Shown one piece after another: positions 1 through 9,409 of a DNA stretch of 64,000 nt. Below the pieces are notes generated by a model. That model had not been told where the DNA came from, did no database searches, and saw only the letters and a program-made list of their open reading frames with translations. This DNA is from Candidatus Bathyarchaeia archaeon (GTDB lineage Archaea; Thermoproteota; Bathyarchaeia; 40CM-2-53-6), in the NCBI GenBank assembly GCA_050013255.1, contig JBEKFP010000001.1, positions 64,001 to 128,000 of the forward strand, in the 5' to 3' direction. How positions within the stretch are numbered: position 1 is the stretch's first letter; each line of letters begins with the position of its first letter. The position numbers and the translations under genes are program-made.

Positions 1-90
1 ATCACATTAACGATGACTGTCGACAAGGCAAAGCAACTCTACCAATTGCTCCAGAAAGTATTGAAAGAAAACGACCAACTGCCTGAATAG
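1..90 (+). CDS. 3' end of an unknown CDS (partial)
   Basis: Frame 1 is open from the window edge (ITLTMTVDKAKQLYQLLQKVLKENDQLPE) to TAG at 88-90. Confidence 0.45.
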   Translation: MTLTMTVDKAKQLYQLLQKVLKENDQLPE

Positions 91-169
91 CCCCAATTGT
101 TCATAACAACGCTTAAAAGAACCGCCCCTTGCCTGTCAGTGAAATTCATCTTAGGAGTTGGAACACGAG

Positions 170-565
170 ATGCCCCAATGGCACGGAGACCTTCACAAGC
201 GCAAGAAGACAGGCGGGAAGAAACATATGTTCCGTGGCAAACGTGCTTTTGAAATGGGAAGCGACCCAGCACAGACCATTGTGGGAGAAAGAAGAGTTTC
301 AATAAAGCGCGGCCGCGGCGGGAACCTGAAGTTCGCGGCTTTGGCTGTTAACTCAGTCAATGTGACCGACCCTTCAACTGGAAAAAGTCAGAAGACGGAG
401 ATTCGAAGCGTCGTAAAGAACCCTGCCAACGTTGATTACCAGCGCAGAGGAGTAATCACCAAAGGCGCTGTCGTCGAAACCCCACTGGGACAGGCGATTG
501 TGACTTCCAGACCAGGCCAGCACGGCATCGTGAACGCTGTTCTCCTACAGGGCAGACAAGAATAA
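170..565 (+). CDS. rps8e: 30S ribosomal protein S8e
   Basis: QWHGDLHKRKKTGG, RGRGGNLK, NPANVDYQRRGVITKGAVVET, VTSRPGQHGIVNAV; ATG at 170 preferred. Confidence 0.97.
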   Translation: MPQWHGDLHKRKKTGGKKHMFRGKRAFEMGSDPAQTIVGERRVSIKRGRGGNLKFAALAVNSVNVTDPSTGKSQKTEIRSVVKNPANVDYQRRGVITKGAVVETPLGQAIVTSRPGQHGIVNAVLLQGRQE

Positions 566-611
566 CTCCACAACTCCTGCCGTTTTCAGGTAACCCTAGG
601 CGACGCTCTCC

Positions 612-923
612 TTGAAACTTCAAGGAAAAATGGTCGTCTGGCCAGCTAACCTCGATTCTTCAAAGTCTCGCAAAGCTGGTAGAAAACTCGCAAAGGCTTC
701 GGGAGTGCAAACGCCAAGACTTGAGGAAATTAACGATGCCATCAAACGGCTTTCTTTGGACGCTGAGGTGGTGCACGGCAAATCACGACCGAGTTCATGG
801 CGGGAGAAGGGAGGATATGCAATACTTCCAAAAACCGGCCCGAAAAGCAACTCTCTTCGTTCCCTCGCCAGCGAAATCAAGAAGGCTAGGGCCGCGAAAA
901 CCGGGCAGGAAAGAAAGACGTAA
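612..923 (+). CDS. srp19: Signal recognition particle protein SRP19
   Basis: VVWPANLDSSKSRKAGRK, P-LEEI, K-RP-SW-E-GG; follows rps8e. Confidence 0.9.
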   Translation: MKLQGKMVVWPANLDSSKSRKAGRKLAKASGVQTPRLEEINDAIKRLSLDAEVVHGKSRPSSWREKGGYAILPKTGPKSNSLRSLASEIKKARAAKTGQERKT

Positions 924-928
924 GAGGC

Positions 929-2209
929 TTAGGACAATATTTTCCCGATTAGCATTACTGTTACCGTTTCCCCTCGCTCGATTGCTGTTACTTCCTCAGG
1001 GATAACGACGATCCCATTCGCCCTAACCATGCTCATCAGGACCGAAGAACGCTGCAGTTTGAGCGGTTCGGCAACCAACCCCTGCTCATTCATTTTGATG
1101 ATGACCCTCACATAGGTTCGGTTTCCTGGTGCTCCTGTAATCGTTTCACTCAAGACTGCATTGGCAGTAGGTTCGAACAATTCCTTGACACCCAACATTT
1201 TGGCAATGATAGGGCGTACAAAGGTTCGGAAGGCGAAAAATGCGGAGACCGGGAACCCTGGAAGTGAAAACACAGGCTTGCCATTAACCACCGCCAAGCC
1301 AGTTGGCATCGCGGGACGCATAGCTACTCCATGCACCAACATACCCGGCTTGCCTAGGCTGTTGACACACCTAGGGACGAGATCCCTCCTGCCGACCGAG
1401 GACCCTGCACTGACAATGACCGCATCGCACGTTTTCAACCCCTTCTTCAGAGCGGTCTTAATGCTAGCTTCACGATCCTTGACGATACCCAAATCTACAG
1501 CATCTGCCCCCAATTCCTGAAGCATACAAGATAACATCGCCCTGTTGATGTCGACCACTCTGGCGACGCTGCATCTACTAATTGAATCCACGAGCTCGTT
1601 ACCAGTTGACAGAACTGCCACGCGCGGCTTTCTTGAAACGTAGACCTTTGCCAATCCAAGTGCCTTCAACATGCCAATATCCTGTGGCCGGAGGTGCGCC
1701 CCTTTCCTGAGAACTACTGCACCTGGGGTGACGTCCTCACCTTTCCTCGCTATGCTCTGCCCCGCCGTTGCGGGGGCATGCACCGCGATACTGCTTGAAG
1801 AGAGTCTGGTAGTTCTCTCGACTATCACGACAGTGTCTGCACCGGAGGGAACAAGGCTCCCGGTTGCGACAGCAACAGCGTCACCCTGACCGAGCTGCAT
1901 CCGAGGCATTACGCCTAACCTGCTTTCCCCAATGACCCGGAGGGTTACTGGGTTTTCTTGAGAAGCACTCTTCACGTCTTCAACGCGAACTGCGTATCCG
2001 TCCATAACCGAACGGTCAACCGGTGGCAAGTATTGGTCTGCAACAACATCTTTTCCAAGACACCGTCCCAAAGCCCGTTGCACAGGCAGCAATTCTAGTC
2101 TGACAGCCCGCTCTCCTAAAGCATCAAGAAGAATCCCGAGCGCTGGGTCCACCTTAGTTAGTTTCTGAAACCCCACGGTGTGTAGATGGTCCATGGATTG
2201 AACATTCAC
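929..2209 (-). CDS. moeA: Molybdopterin molybdotransferase MoeA
   Basis: PPVDRSVMDGYAVR, LSTGNEL, SAGSSVG, HGVAMRP, LPGFPVSA. Confidence 0.95.
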   Translation of the reverse strand: MNVQSMDHLHTVGFQKLTKVDPALGILLDALGERAVRLELLPVQRALGRCLGKDVVADQYLPPVDRSVMDGYAVRVEDVKSASQENPVTLRVIGESRLGVMPRMQLGQGDAVAVATGSLVPSGADTVVIVERTTRLSSSSIAVHAPATAGQSIARKGEDVTPGAVVLRKGAHLRPQDIGMLKALGLAKVYVSRKPRVAVLSTGNELVDSISRCSVARVVDINRAMLSCMLQELGADAVDLGIVKDREASIKTALKKGLKTCDAVIVSAGSSVGRRDLVPRCVNSLGKPGMLVHGVAMRPAMPTGLAVVNGKPVFSLPGFPVSAFFAFRTFVRPIIAKMLGVKELFEPTANAVLSETITGAPGNRTYVRVIIKMNEQGLVAEPLKLQRSSVLMSMVRANGIVVIPEEVTAIERGETVTVMLIGKILS

Positions 2210-2255
2210 TCGACGGGAAGATATTATCTGCGGAGGTATCTAACACAAGCTGACG

Positions 2256-2537
2256 ATGGCCGCCATGGTTGATACGTTGACCGTTTCTATTGCCATTCTT
2301 GCAGTGGTCGTACTAGTTGGCATAATTTTCTGGTTTCAAAGGACTCGCCGAAACGAACTCGGCATACCTGTAATCGAACTTGAAAAGCTGGTCAAATGCA
2401 ATTCCTGCGGTTCTCAAATTCCGGAGGGTGCCCGGAAATGCGCTTTTTGTGGCGCCTGGCAACGCCCACTCGATTCCGGAGAACAAATAAAGGCCTCACA
2501 GCGAAATGGCACGAACGCCGCCGACGGATCACACTAG
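2256..2537 (+). CDS. Small membrane-anchored zinc-ribbon protein
   Basis: N-terminal hydrophobic helix, then CNSCG...CAFCG. Confidence 0.7.
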   Translation: MAAMVDTLTVSIAILAVVVLVGIIFWFQRTRRNELGIPVIELEKLVKCNSCGSQIPEGARKCAFCGAWQRPLDSGEQIKASQRNGTNAADGSH

Positions 2538-2672
2538 CCGCCGTATGCGCATTCTCGCAGACGACAGCTCAGTGGTGGAGCAGCGGACCCTTATTGGAAA
2601 GGGGCTGAAGCTGTTAAGCGGGCAGACGCAGCTACCCGTTGGTCGCAGGTTCGAGCCCTGCCGGCGGCGCCA
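2537..2672 (+). tRNA. tRNA-Asn(GTT) with three BHB introns (8/9: 2545-2565; 30/31: 2587-2609; 37/38: 2617-2633) and encoded CCA
   Basis: Removing the three inserts gives GCCGCCGTAGCTCAGTGGTGGAGCAGCGGGCTGTTAACCCGTTGGTCGCAGGTTCGAGCCCTGCCGGCGGCGCCA, a complete cloverleaf with G73; each insert forms a bulge-helix-bulge. Confidence 0.92.
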
Positions 2673-2721
2673 ATAAATTCTAGGCTAACGTGTGTGAACG
2701 AGAGGAGTTGCCTTCAGGCAG

Positions 2722-3138
2722 TTGCATGTCCGCGAATTTCAACTCGCAGATTATGAAGATGTACTAGGTCTTTGGAAGATGGCCGGCCTAATTCTGCGGC
2801 CAGGCGATGAACTTGACGGAATCAAGACGAAGTTACGGAGAGACCCTGATCTATTCTTAGTCGCTGAAGATGGTGGCGAGATCGTTGGGGTTGTCATGGG
2901 CGCTTGGGATGGAAGGCGTGGCTGGATCAATCATCTTGCAGTCACACCCAACCATCAACGAAAAGGAATAGGTCACGCTCTCGTCGAAGAGCTTGAGAAG
3001 CGCCTATTTAGAAAAGGGGCAAAGAAGGTCAACGCGCAAATCTATCGATCGAACACAAAATCATTCGATTTCTTCAAGTCATGTGCTTATGAGGTTCATT
3101 CCGACCTCGTAATGATTGGGAAGCAACTCAAAGGGTAG
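2722..3138 (+). CDS. GNAT acetyltransferase (YpeA-like)
   Basis: GAWDGRRGWINHLAV-P-HQRKGIG acetyl-CoA motif. Confidence 0.9.
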   Translation: MHVREFQLADYEDVLGLWKMAGLILRPGDELDGIKTKLRRDPDLFLVAEDGGEIVGVVMGAWDGRRGWINHLAVTPNHQRKGIGHALVEELEKRLFRKGAKKVNAQIYRSNTKSFDFFKSCAYEVHSDLVMIGKQLKG

Positions 3139-3153
3139 ATGCCTATCCTGCGG

Positions 3154-4218
3154 CTACGTTACAGCTCCTTCAGGAACGGGCACATAATCGCAGATGCTTG
3201 AAGGCTTTTCAAGGATACGGTTTATTGTGACTTCGCCGACGATGCGGCAATATTTGCCGATTTGGCTAAGGTTCCAGATTATGATTCTTATGCTCGCCGC
3301 TGCAGCGACATCTCTCACGTTCGCGAGAACCTTCTGTGTCAACTTTCTCTCTTCGGCCTCCAGTGTTTCCACCATTTCAACAGCTTCATTGGACATCGAA
3401 ATATCGCCCGTCAGGAGTGCTTTGATGGTGTGATCTGAAGTCTTCATTATTTGGTTGCTGAATTTCGCTATGTCGTTGAGTATAGCTTCGGTCGGTATTG
3501 CTCGATCTTTCAGCACTAGCACTTCGTTGGCGATATTTTCTGCTGAGTCAGCCATCTCTTCGAGGGTCTTGGCGACCACCCTGTTGCCTGGTATGTGAAC
3601 CGGCGACTCGATGCCTATCTTTGTTCCCACACTTCTGTCCCGTATCGCGAGTAGTAGTTGCCTAACGATGAGCCAATAAATGCGATCGGACTCCTCCTCC
3701 ATGTGTGTTACCTCGGCCGCAAGTTCAGGCCTTCTTTCGACAAGTGCCTTGATCGACACGTCGATCATTGAGTTAATTATGATATGCAAACGCCGCATGA
3801 GGCCGTAGATCGGAAACCGGGTAGGGTCAACGAAGCTCTGCAGCGTGACTTGCTTCAAGGTCTGCTCAACAATGCTGAGGCCTGTCAGCCGCTGAGTTGT
3901 GGCCCGAATCTCCTCAAGGTGAACTTTCTTCAACTCATCTTTAGCCACGATTTGTATCGTATCATGGCCGAGAATATAATTCGCCGTTATGACTCTGGTC
4001 AGTATGTTCCGTGAATTGCAGAGGTCTGCATTGACAATACAGTCCTTAATCTCCTCTCTTTTGTGCTCTGTTCCCGGGATGAGTTTCAGTGTTCCGTCGT
4101 CTTCGCGTTTGATTGAGACAATGTCGCCCGCTTTCAGTTTGACGTCTTCAACCCATTCCCGCGGAAGTGAAACGGTTAAGGTGGAATATCCAACTCTCTG
4201 AACTTTGCGAGCTTCCAA
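3154..4218 (-). CDS. AbrB/MazE-PhoU family regulator, paralog 1
   Basis: RKVQRVGYSTLTVSLPREWV AbrB-like N-terminus followed by PhoU helical repeats (EEESDRIYWLIVRQL). Confidence 0.9.
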   Translation of the reverse strand: MEARKVQRVGYSTLTVSLPREWVEDVKLKAGDIVSIKREDDGTLKLIPGTEHKREEIKDCIVNADLCNSRNILTRVITANYILGHDTIQIVAKDELKKVHLEEIRATTQRLTGLSIVEQTLKQVTLQSFVDPTRFPIYGLMRRLHIIINSMIDVSIKALVERRPELAAEVTHMEEESDRIYWLIVRQLLLAIRDRSVGTKIGIESPVHIPGNRVVAKTLEEMADSAENIANEVLVLKDRAIPTEAILNDIAKFSNQIMKTSDHTIKALLTGDISMSNEAVEMVETLEAEERKLTQKVLANVRDVAAAASIRIIIWNLSQIGKYCRIVGEVTINRILEKPSSICDYVPVPEGAVT

Positions 4219-4353
4219 ATTTCTGCACAGAATTAACGTTAGGTCACTAGAATATATACTTCAGCATCGTTTGTCATAGCCTGTACTATCGCTTACTACT
4301 ATAGAGATTCATGCCGTGTACGCAGTGCATATTCGGAAGGCTGATTGTAACTA

Positions 4354-5577
4354 CTACCTTGCCACCGAGAAGGCATATGAAAAAACATATTCACCGATGC
4401 GTTTTACACCTTGCTCGATACGTTGCTCGGGCTCACTGACGAATGTCATCCTAACGTGTCCTGCGCCTTTTTCACCGAAGAAAGACCCTGGGATGACGAC
4501 CACTCCCTTCCTGGACATGAGCCGGTTGCAGAACTCCTCTTCGTTTCGTTCCATTGACTTCAGATATCGCCTCATGTCGACGAAGAAATAGAAGGCGCCT
4601 TCTGGCCTGACAGTTCTCGCTTCGGGCAAGGACTCCCTGATCGCTTTCTCCATGCAGTCTCTTCGTTTCATGTATGTCGGAATTACGATGTTTTGCAAGT
4701 ATCGCTCCTTTACCCCATCGCTCAAGAAGCGAATCATTGCATTTTGGCTCAGGGTATTCGGTGCGAGAGTCGTGTACTGCTTTACCTTTTCCATGCCATC
4801 AATCACGTCCGCTGGTCCGAGCGCATACCCCAGCCGCAAGCCCGGCGCTGATGCTTCCTTTGAGAAGCTACCGACGGAGATGACTCTCTCTCGTGCACCC
4901 GGCAGGGTTGTAATTCTAGGCTGATTGTCCTTTCCGTAGATGATATCGCGGTACGTCGAGTCGTTGATGATCCAAAAGTCGTGGTCGACCGCCAAGTCAA
5001 CTAGCCCCTTGACAAAGTCAGGTCGGACTATCCGGCCGGTGGGATTGTCCGGGCTCAGGAGGACAATAGCCTTCGTACGTTTGGTCACCAACGATTTAAG
5101 TAACTCAAGGTTGGGTTGGTACCCGTCTTCTACGCTCACAGGCAGTTTTATCATGCGTGCCCCTGCCAATTGAGCCGATTCTAAGTACCCGAGGTAAGTT
5201 GGGTCGGTTACTATGAGCTCGTCGTTCTTGTTGAAAATGGACAAGTAAGCGGTGAATATGGCTTCAGTGGCACCATCGGCTAGAATAACTTCCTTTTCCG
5301 GAGTATATTTCGTCCCTTGGTGTTTTTCCCAATCAGCAGCAATGAGTTTCCTCAAGTCTAAGTATCCGCGGGTTCCGGTGTAGGCCGAAGTAGCCTGCGG
5401 ATCCTCTGTGATTCTCTTCACAATTTCCTCAGAAACTTCCTTTGGCGGTGGTAGGCTTGGCCCTCCGCCGCCGAAGGAGACTAGCTCCTTTCTCTGGCTT
5501 GCCTCGGCCAAAAGAGCTGTAACGCGGCGGATGGGTGAGATGTGAAGGGCGGTAACACGGTCAGAGAGAGTTACCAT
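4354..5577 (-). CDS. PLP-dependent aminotransferase class I/II
   Basis: SPDNPTG, D-TY, SFSKE...PGLRLGY, PEGAFY; ATG at 5577 preferred. Confidence 0.93.
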   Translation of the reverse strand: MVTLSDRVTALHISPIRRVTALLAEASQRKELVSFGGGGPSLPPPKEVSEEIVKRITEDPQATSAYTGTRGYLDLRKLIAADWEKHQGTKYTPEKEVILADGATEAIFTAYLSIFNKNDELIVTDPTYLGYLESAQLAGARMIKLPVSVEDGYQPNLELLKSLVTKRTKAIVLLSPDNPTGRIVRPDFVKGLVDLAVDHDFWIINDSTYRDIIYGKDNQPRITTLPGARERVISVGSFSKEASAPGLRLGYALGPADVIDGMEKVKQYTTLAPNTLSQNAMIRFLSDGVKERYLQNIVIPTYMKRRDCMEKAIRESLPEARTVRPEGAFYFFVDMRRYLKSMERNEEEFCNRLMSRKGVVVIPGSFFGEKGAGHVRMTFVSEPEQRIEQGVKRIGEYVFSYAFSVAR

Positions 5578-5707
5578 CTCACGATGCCTGCATACAAGCG
5601 CGGTTTGACTTAGGCTCACTATAAGCTTTCCAACTTAATGTAATTACACTAAATGCCAAAAATAATAGGACGAAGAGCAACAGGAAAACACGAGGGGAAA
5701 AGAAGCG

Positions 5708-6148
5708 TTGTGCCTAAACTTTGTTGAGGGCGGCGACTGTCACCTGACTGGCGGAAAATGCCTCCTCGGACTGAGCGGAGCTTCAGCAGAGAATCGCAAT
5801 TGCGACTGTGAGTTCCACGGGAATTTTGATGTCTGGGTCACACAGAAGAACCAACTTCTCATAACAGATATGGGTTTTCCATCCGAGGAACCAAAACAAT
5901 GTTTAGCGCTCGGCATCAACGAAACCCTAGCAAGAAAAATCGCGTCGGACAAAGTGGATAAGCTCCGAACATGCATACTAACAACTGAACGCAGATGTTT
6001 GAAATGTAGTCGGCAGTTTTGGATAACTCAGCATACATCCAAGCCTGGCCTTCTCGAAACTGGAAAAGGCTACTTCTGCCCCGACTGCATTGGCGAAGGC
6101 AGAAGTATCGAGGAGAGGCTGGGTGTTCTAGGTTATTGGTGCGGTTAA
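5708..6148 (+). CDS. Cys-rich hypothetical protein
   Basis: 146-aa ORF filling the gap between minus-strand genes; CDCEFH, CLKC, CPDC; GAGGGG upstream. Confidence 0.55.
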   Translation: MCLNFVEGGDCHLTGGKCLLGLSGASAENRNCDCEFHGNFDVWVTQKNQLLITDMGFPSEEPKQCLALGINETLARKIASDKVDKLRTCILTTERRCLKCSRQFWITQHTSKPGLLETGKGYFCPDCIGEGRSIEERLGVLGYWCG

Positions 6149-6154
6149 TCTGGT

Positions 6155-6787
6155 CTATTGAGCTGCCCACGTTGGGACACAGTGGAACGGCGATTTGGCT
6201 TTGAATTCTGTTGTCGGGTTGTTACGAACGAATTCTCTACCCTTCGTCAGTGCTAGGTGATTCAATGGCATTAGGGTTTCTTTCTTGCCAGCAAGAAAGT
6301 GCTTCAGAGATTCCTTAATGCGATCGTCAGTGACCTGTGGGTGGCACAGTTCGATAAACGCGCCGAACATTACTGCATTGGCGAACATTTTCGTATCTTG
6401 CGTCTCGGTTGGAGAATCATTCTTCAACTCATCTGCTATCTGGGTTGCCGGAATCCCGAATGCTTTGACATCATCACGGTCAATTTCGGTCCCGATCAGC
6501 GTCGTGTTGTAGAGGACTACTCCGTCCGGGCGAAGGTAATTGAGGAAGTCCAGTGAGGGTTGATTCATTATTATCTCAATGTCGGGTTCTTCTGCTATTG
6601 GGTTGTCAACTTCATCGTCTGATATCACGACGTAGCACTTTGCCTTGCCACCCCGCGTCTCGGGGCCGTACGATGGGGTGTACGCAACATGTTTGCCTTC
6701 TAGCATGGCAGTGTAGGCTATGTAATCACTGAGCAGCAGGACGCCCTGGCCACCGTGCCCAGCTATCAGTACCTTAGTTTTTGTCAT
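6155..6787 (-). CDS. 2-oxoacid:ferredoxin oxidoreductase gamma subunit
   Basis: AGHGGQGV, PSYGPETRGG, NAVMFGA. Confidence 0.93.
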   Translation of the reverse strand: MTKTKVLIAGHGGQGVLLLSDYIAYTAMLEGKHVAYTPSYGPETRGGKAKCYVVISDDEVDNPIAEEPDIEIIMNQPSLDFLNYLRPDGVVLYNTTLIGTEIDRDDVKAFGIPATQIADELKNDSPTETQDTKMFANAVMFGAFIELCHPQVTDDRIKESLKHFLAGKKETLMPLNHLALTKGREFVRNNPTTEFKAKSPFHCVPTWAAQ

Positions 6788-7584
6788 TGCTTCTCAACTC
6801 CGAAGGTATCTTTGTAGACACCTAGCGGGAACTTCTTCGCCATGTGCTCGTACACGAAGCGTTTGGCGTCTAGGATGGGCATCTTCCAGTTAATCGAGCA
6901 GGTGCTTAGCAGTTCGACGAAGGCGAAACCGCCCAGGGCTTGGACTTTGAACGCGTTCTCCACCGATTTCTTCGCGTCAAGCAAATTCTTGATCGTATAC
7001 ACCTTGCCCCTCTGGCTTGAGAGCTCTTGAACTGCCAAGCTTGCACGTTTCACGTAGGCTGCACCGTCTATTCCTGAGAGGAGTTTTGAAACATCGAGCT
7101 CAGTCCCTGTCATTGCTGCATTTCTTCCGAATGGCGTGGTAGTAGTTACCTGACCTTCGAGTGTGGTTGGGGCCATTTGGCCGCCGGTCATACCGTAGAT
7201 TGCGTTGTTCACGAGGAAGACTGTGATCGGGGTGTTTCTCTTCGCTGCGTACACCAATTCCAAGAGCCCGATGGAGGCGGCGTCTCCGTCGCCCTGAACT
7301 GTGAAGACGGTAAGTTCAGGCTTAACCCTCTTCAGGCCTGCGGCAACCGCAGGAGCTCTTCCGTGAGGCGCCACGATGTGGTCGCAGTTGAAGTAATTGT
7401 AAGCCAGGACACTGCAGCCTACTGAGTCGATCATAACCGTTTTTTCACGAATTCGTAGTTCATCCATTGCGGCGGCGATCAACCGGGTGAGCGTGCCATG
7501 TTCGCATCCTGCGCAGTAGTGCGTTGGGTTATCGGTCAAAGATTCCAGTTTGCCTATCTTTACTTTGAGAGAAAGTTGACTCAT
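6784..7584 (-). CDS. 2-oxoacid:ferredoxin oxidoreductase beta (TPP-binding) subunit, VOR-like
   Basis: YCAGCEHG, VGCS, HGRA, QGDGD...NNAIYGMTGGQMAPTT, LSTC. Confidence 0.95.
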   Translation of the reverse strand: MSQLSLKVKIGKLESLTDNPTHYCAGCEHGTLTRLIAAAMDELRIREKTVMIDSVGCSVLAYNYFNCDHIVAPHGRAPAVAAGLKRVKPELTVFTVQGDGDAASIGLLELVYAAKRNTPITVFLVNNAIYGMTGGQMAPTTLEGQVTTTTPFGRNAAMTGTELDVSKLLSGIDGAAYVKRASLAVQELSSQRGKVYTIKNLLDAKKSVENAFKVQALGGFAFVELLSTCSINWKMPILDAKRFVYEHMAKKFPLGVYKDTFGVEKQ

Positions 7585-8657
7585 GCCGCTAACACCTCCA
7601 GATGTCGCAGCTTACTTTCTATTTCAGCTTCGGTCGGGACGATTCCGCCCCATTTGCCTAGAAAGTCAACAGTTACACCATCGCCGACTGCGAGCTTCAC
7701 ATCCTCATACATTTGACCGGTGTTCAACTCAACATCCAAGAACTGCTTTCCTTCCGAAGCGAGTTTTCTCAGGGCGAGTTTCGGAAAAGGCCAAAGCGTA
7801 ATTGGCCTGAAGAGGCCGACCTTGACACCCTTCGAACGAAGTTTGTTAATGGCGCCCTTTGCGATTCGTGACACAATACCGAAGGCAACGATCACTTTCT
7901 CAGCATCTTCAGTTAAGTAAGACTCAAACCTAACCTCGTTCGCTTCTGCCAGCTTGTATTTCTCGAAAATTCTGCCCACGTGTTTGTAGTGCTTCTGGTA
8001 GTCGAGTTCTAGCGAGTTGAGTATGTGTGGCCCGCGGCCCTTAGCCCCTGTAGCAGCCCAGGAGGACACATCGTACTTTGGTGGCGTGAACTCCGGGAAC
8101 TCCACGTCCTCTTTCAATTGGCCTGTGAAAGCATCTCCCAAAATCAGTGTTGGGTTTCTGTACTTGAACGCCAAGTCGAATCCAATTCTTGGGAAGAGGG
8201 CCATTTCTTGAACTGAGGCCGGAGCTAAAACGAATAACCGGTAATTGCCGTGCCCGCCTCCTTTGGTCGCCTGGAAGTAATCGCTCTGTTCCGGGCCAAG
8301 GTTGCCTAGGCCTGGCCCCGCTCGGCAAATATCAACCACTAGGAATGGAAGTTCCATCCCAGCCGCATATGACAACCCCTCCTGTTTCAGGCTGAAACCT
8401 GGGCTAGAGGTCGCAGTCATCGCGCGTACCCCGCCGGATGCAGCTCCAAGGACCATGTTGATGGCCTCTAGTTCGCTCGCGGCTTGCAAGAAGTATTTGT
8501 ATTCTGGGTATTTTTTGTTGCCAAACTCCTTTGCTAGGGTTTCTGGGATTTCGCTTGATGGGGTTATTGGGTATGCGAAGTACGCATTGAGGCCTGCTTC
8601 GAGCGCGCCGTATGCCACAGCCTCGTTACCCTTTAGGTAAACTCGTTGTTTCGACAT
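7581..8657 (-). CDS. 2-oxoacid:ferredoxin oxidoreductase alpha subunit, VOR-like
   Basis: KGNEA, YPITPSSEI, TSSPGFSLKQE, QSDYFQATKGGGHG. Confidence 0.95.
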   Translation of the reverse strand: MSKQRVYLKGNEAVAYGALEAGLNAYFAYPITPSSEIPETLAKEFGNKKYPEYKYFLQAASELEAINMVLGAASGGVRAMTATSSPGFSLKQEGLSYAAGMELPFLVVDICRAGPGLGNLGPEQSDYFQATKGGGHGNYRLFVLAPASVQEMALFPRIGFDLAFKYRNPTLILGDAFTGQLKEDVEFPEFTPPKYDVSSWAATGAKGRGPHILNSLELDYQKHYKHVGRIFEKYKLAEANEVRFESYLTEDAEKVIVAFGIVSRIAKGAINKLRSKGVKVGLFRPITLWPFPKLALRKLASEGKQFLDVELNTGQMYEDVKLAVGDGVTVDFLGKWGGIVPTEAEIESKLRHLEVLAA

Positions 8658-8909
8658 CTATGCTTTCACCAGGATCTCACTTATGGCGAAGTCTGGGCAG
8701 ACCCAGTAACATATGGCGCATCCCGTGCACTCTCCCTTCGTTCCTCGATACGTGAATTCCGCTGGGTGGAAGCCAGCATGATTCAGTTTGGTGGAGAGCT
8801 TGAGGTTGCCCTGTGGGCAAACGACGACGCAGAGCTCACAGGCTTTGCACCGCTCATCCAAGATCTTAACTGAAGCCCTAGGTTGAAGGACCGTTGTAGT
8901 TTCGGTCAA
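8658..8909 (-). CDS. 2x[4Fe-4S] ferredoxin-type delta subunit
   Basis: CKACELCVVVCP and CTGCAICYWVCP. Confidence 0.93.
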   Translation of the reverse strand: MTETTTVLQPRASVKILDERCKACELCVVVCPQGNLKLSTKLNHAGFHPAEFTYRGTKGECTGCAICYWVCPDFAISEILVKA

Positions 8910-9325
8910 GCCTTTACGACCTCCTTTCTCTCAACAAAATTCTCCAATACGTAGCGCAGCATCGCGTAATGCTGCTCTTCGTCTAATGCGAGCATCGTGA
9001 GCAGGGTCTTTAGGTGCGGGTCTCTGACCTGTTCCGTTGCTGAAGTAAATAGGCGTAGGGCATTCTCTTCCATGTCCATAAGTCTCAGCAATTCTTCCCG
9101 GCTTTCATTGACGGGTGCAAGTAGTTCCCACTGGTTTGTGGCGAGGTAGTTGATTGCGCAGTTGATTACATCGGCGTGTTGCATCGTGTCCCGCATGAGT
9201 TTGGCGTAGAGAATCTTAACGACGCTATGCTTGGTTTCCCTGACCTTCTTGGCATATACTTCGGTTTCATGTTCCTCGTGGTCTAGCTGATCCCGTAGTA
9301 ATGTCAAGAGCTCCTGATTTCGCAT
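8906..9325 (-). CDS. Ferritin-like/rubrerythrin-type four-helix protein
   Basis: E..E, DTMQH, MEE, DEEQH diiron-type pattern; stop overlaps the delta subunit start. Confidence 0.75.
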   Translation of the reverse strand: MRNQELLTLLRDQLDHEEHETEVYAKKVRETKHSVVKILYAKLMRDTMQHADVINCAINYLATNQWELLAPVNESREELLRLMDMEENALRLFTSATEQVRDPHLKTLLTMLALDEEQHYAMLRYVLENFVERKEVVKA

Positions 9326-9409
9326 ACGCCTGTCGCAAGAAAAAGCCAGGTAATTACTCTTAGCGATTCTGTTGATATTCTATGTATTGTATCGACCCGC
9401 ATGTTGGAA

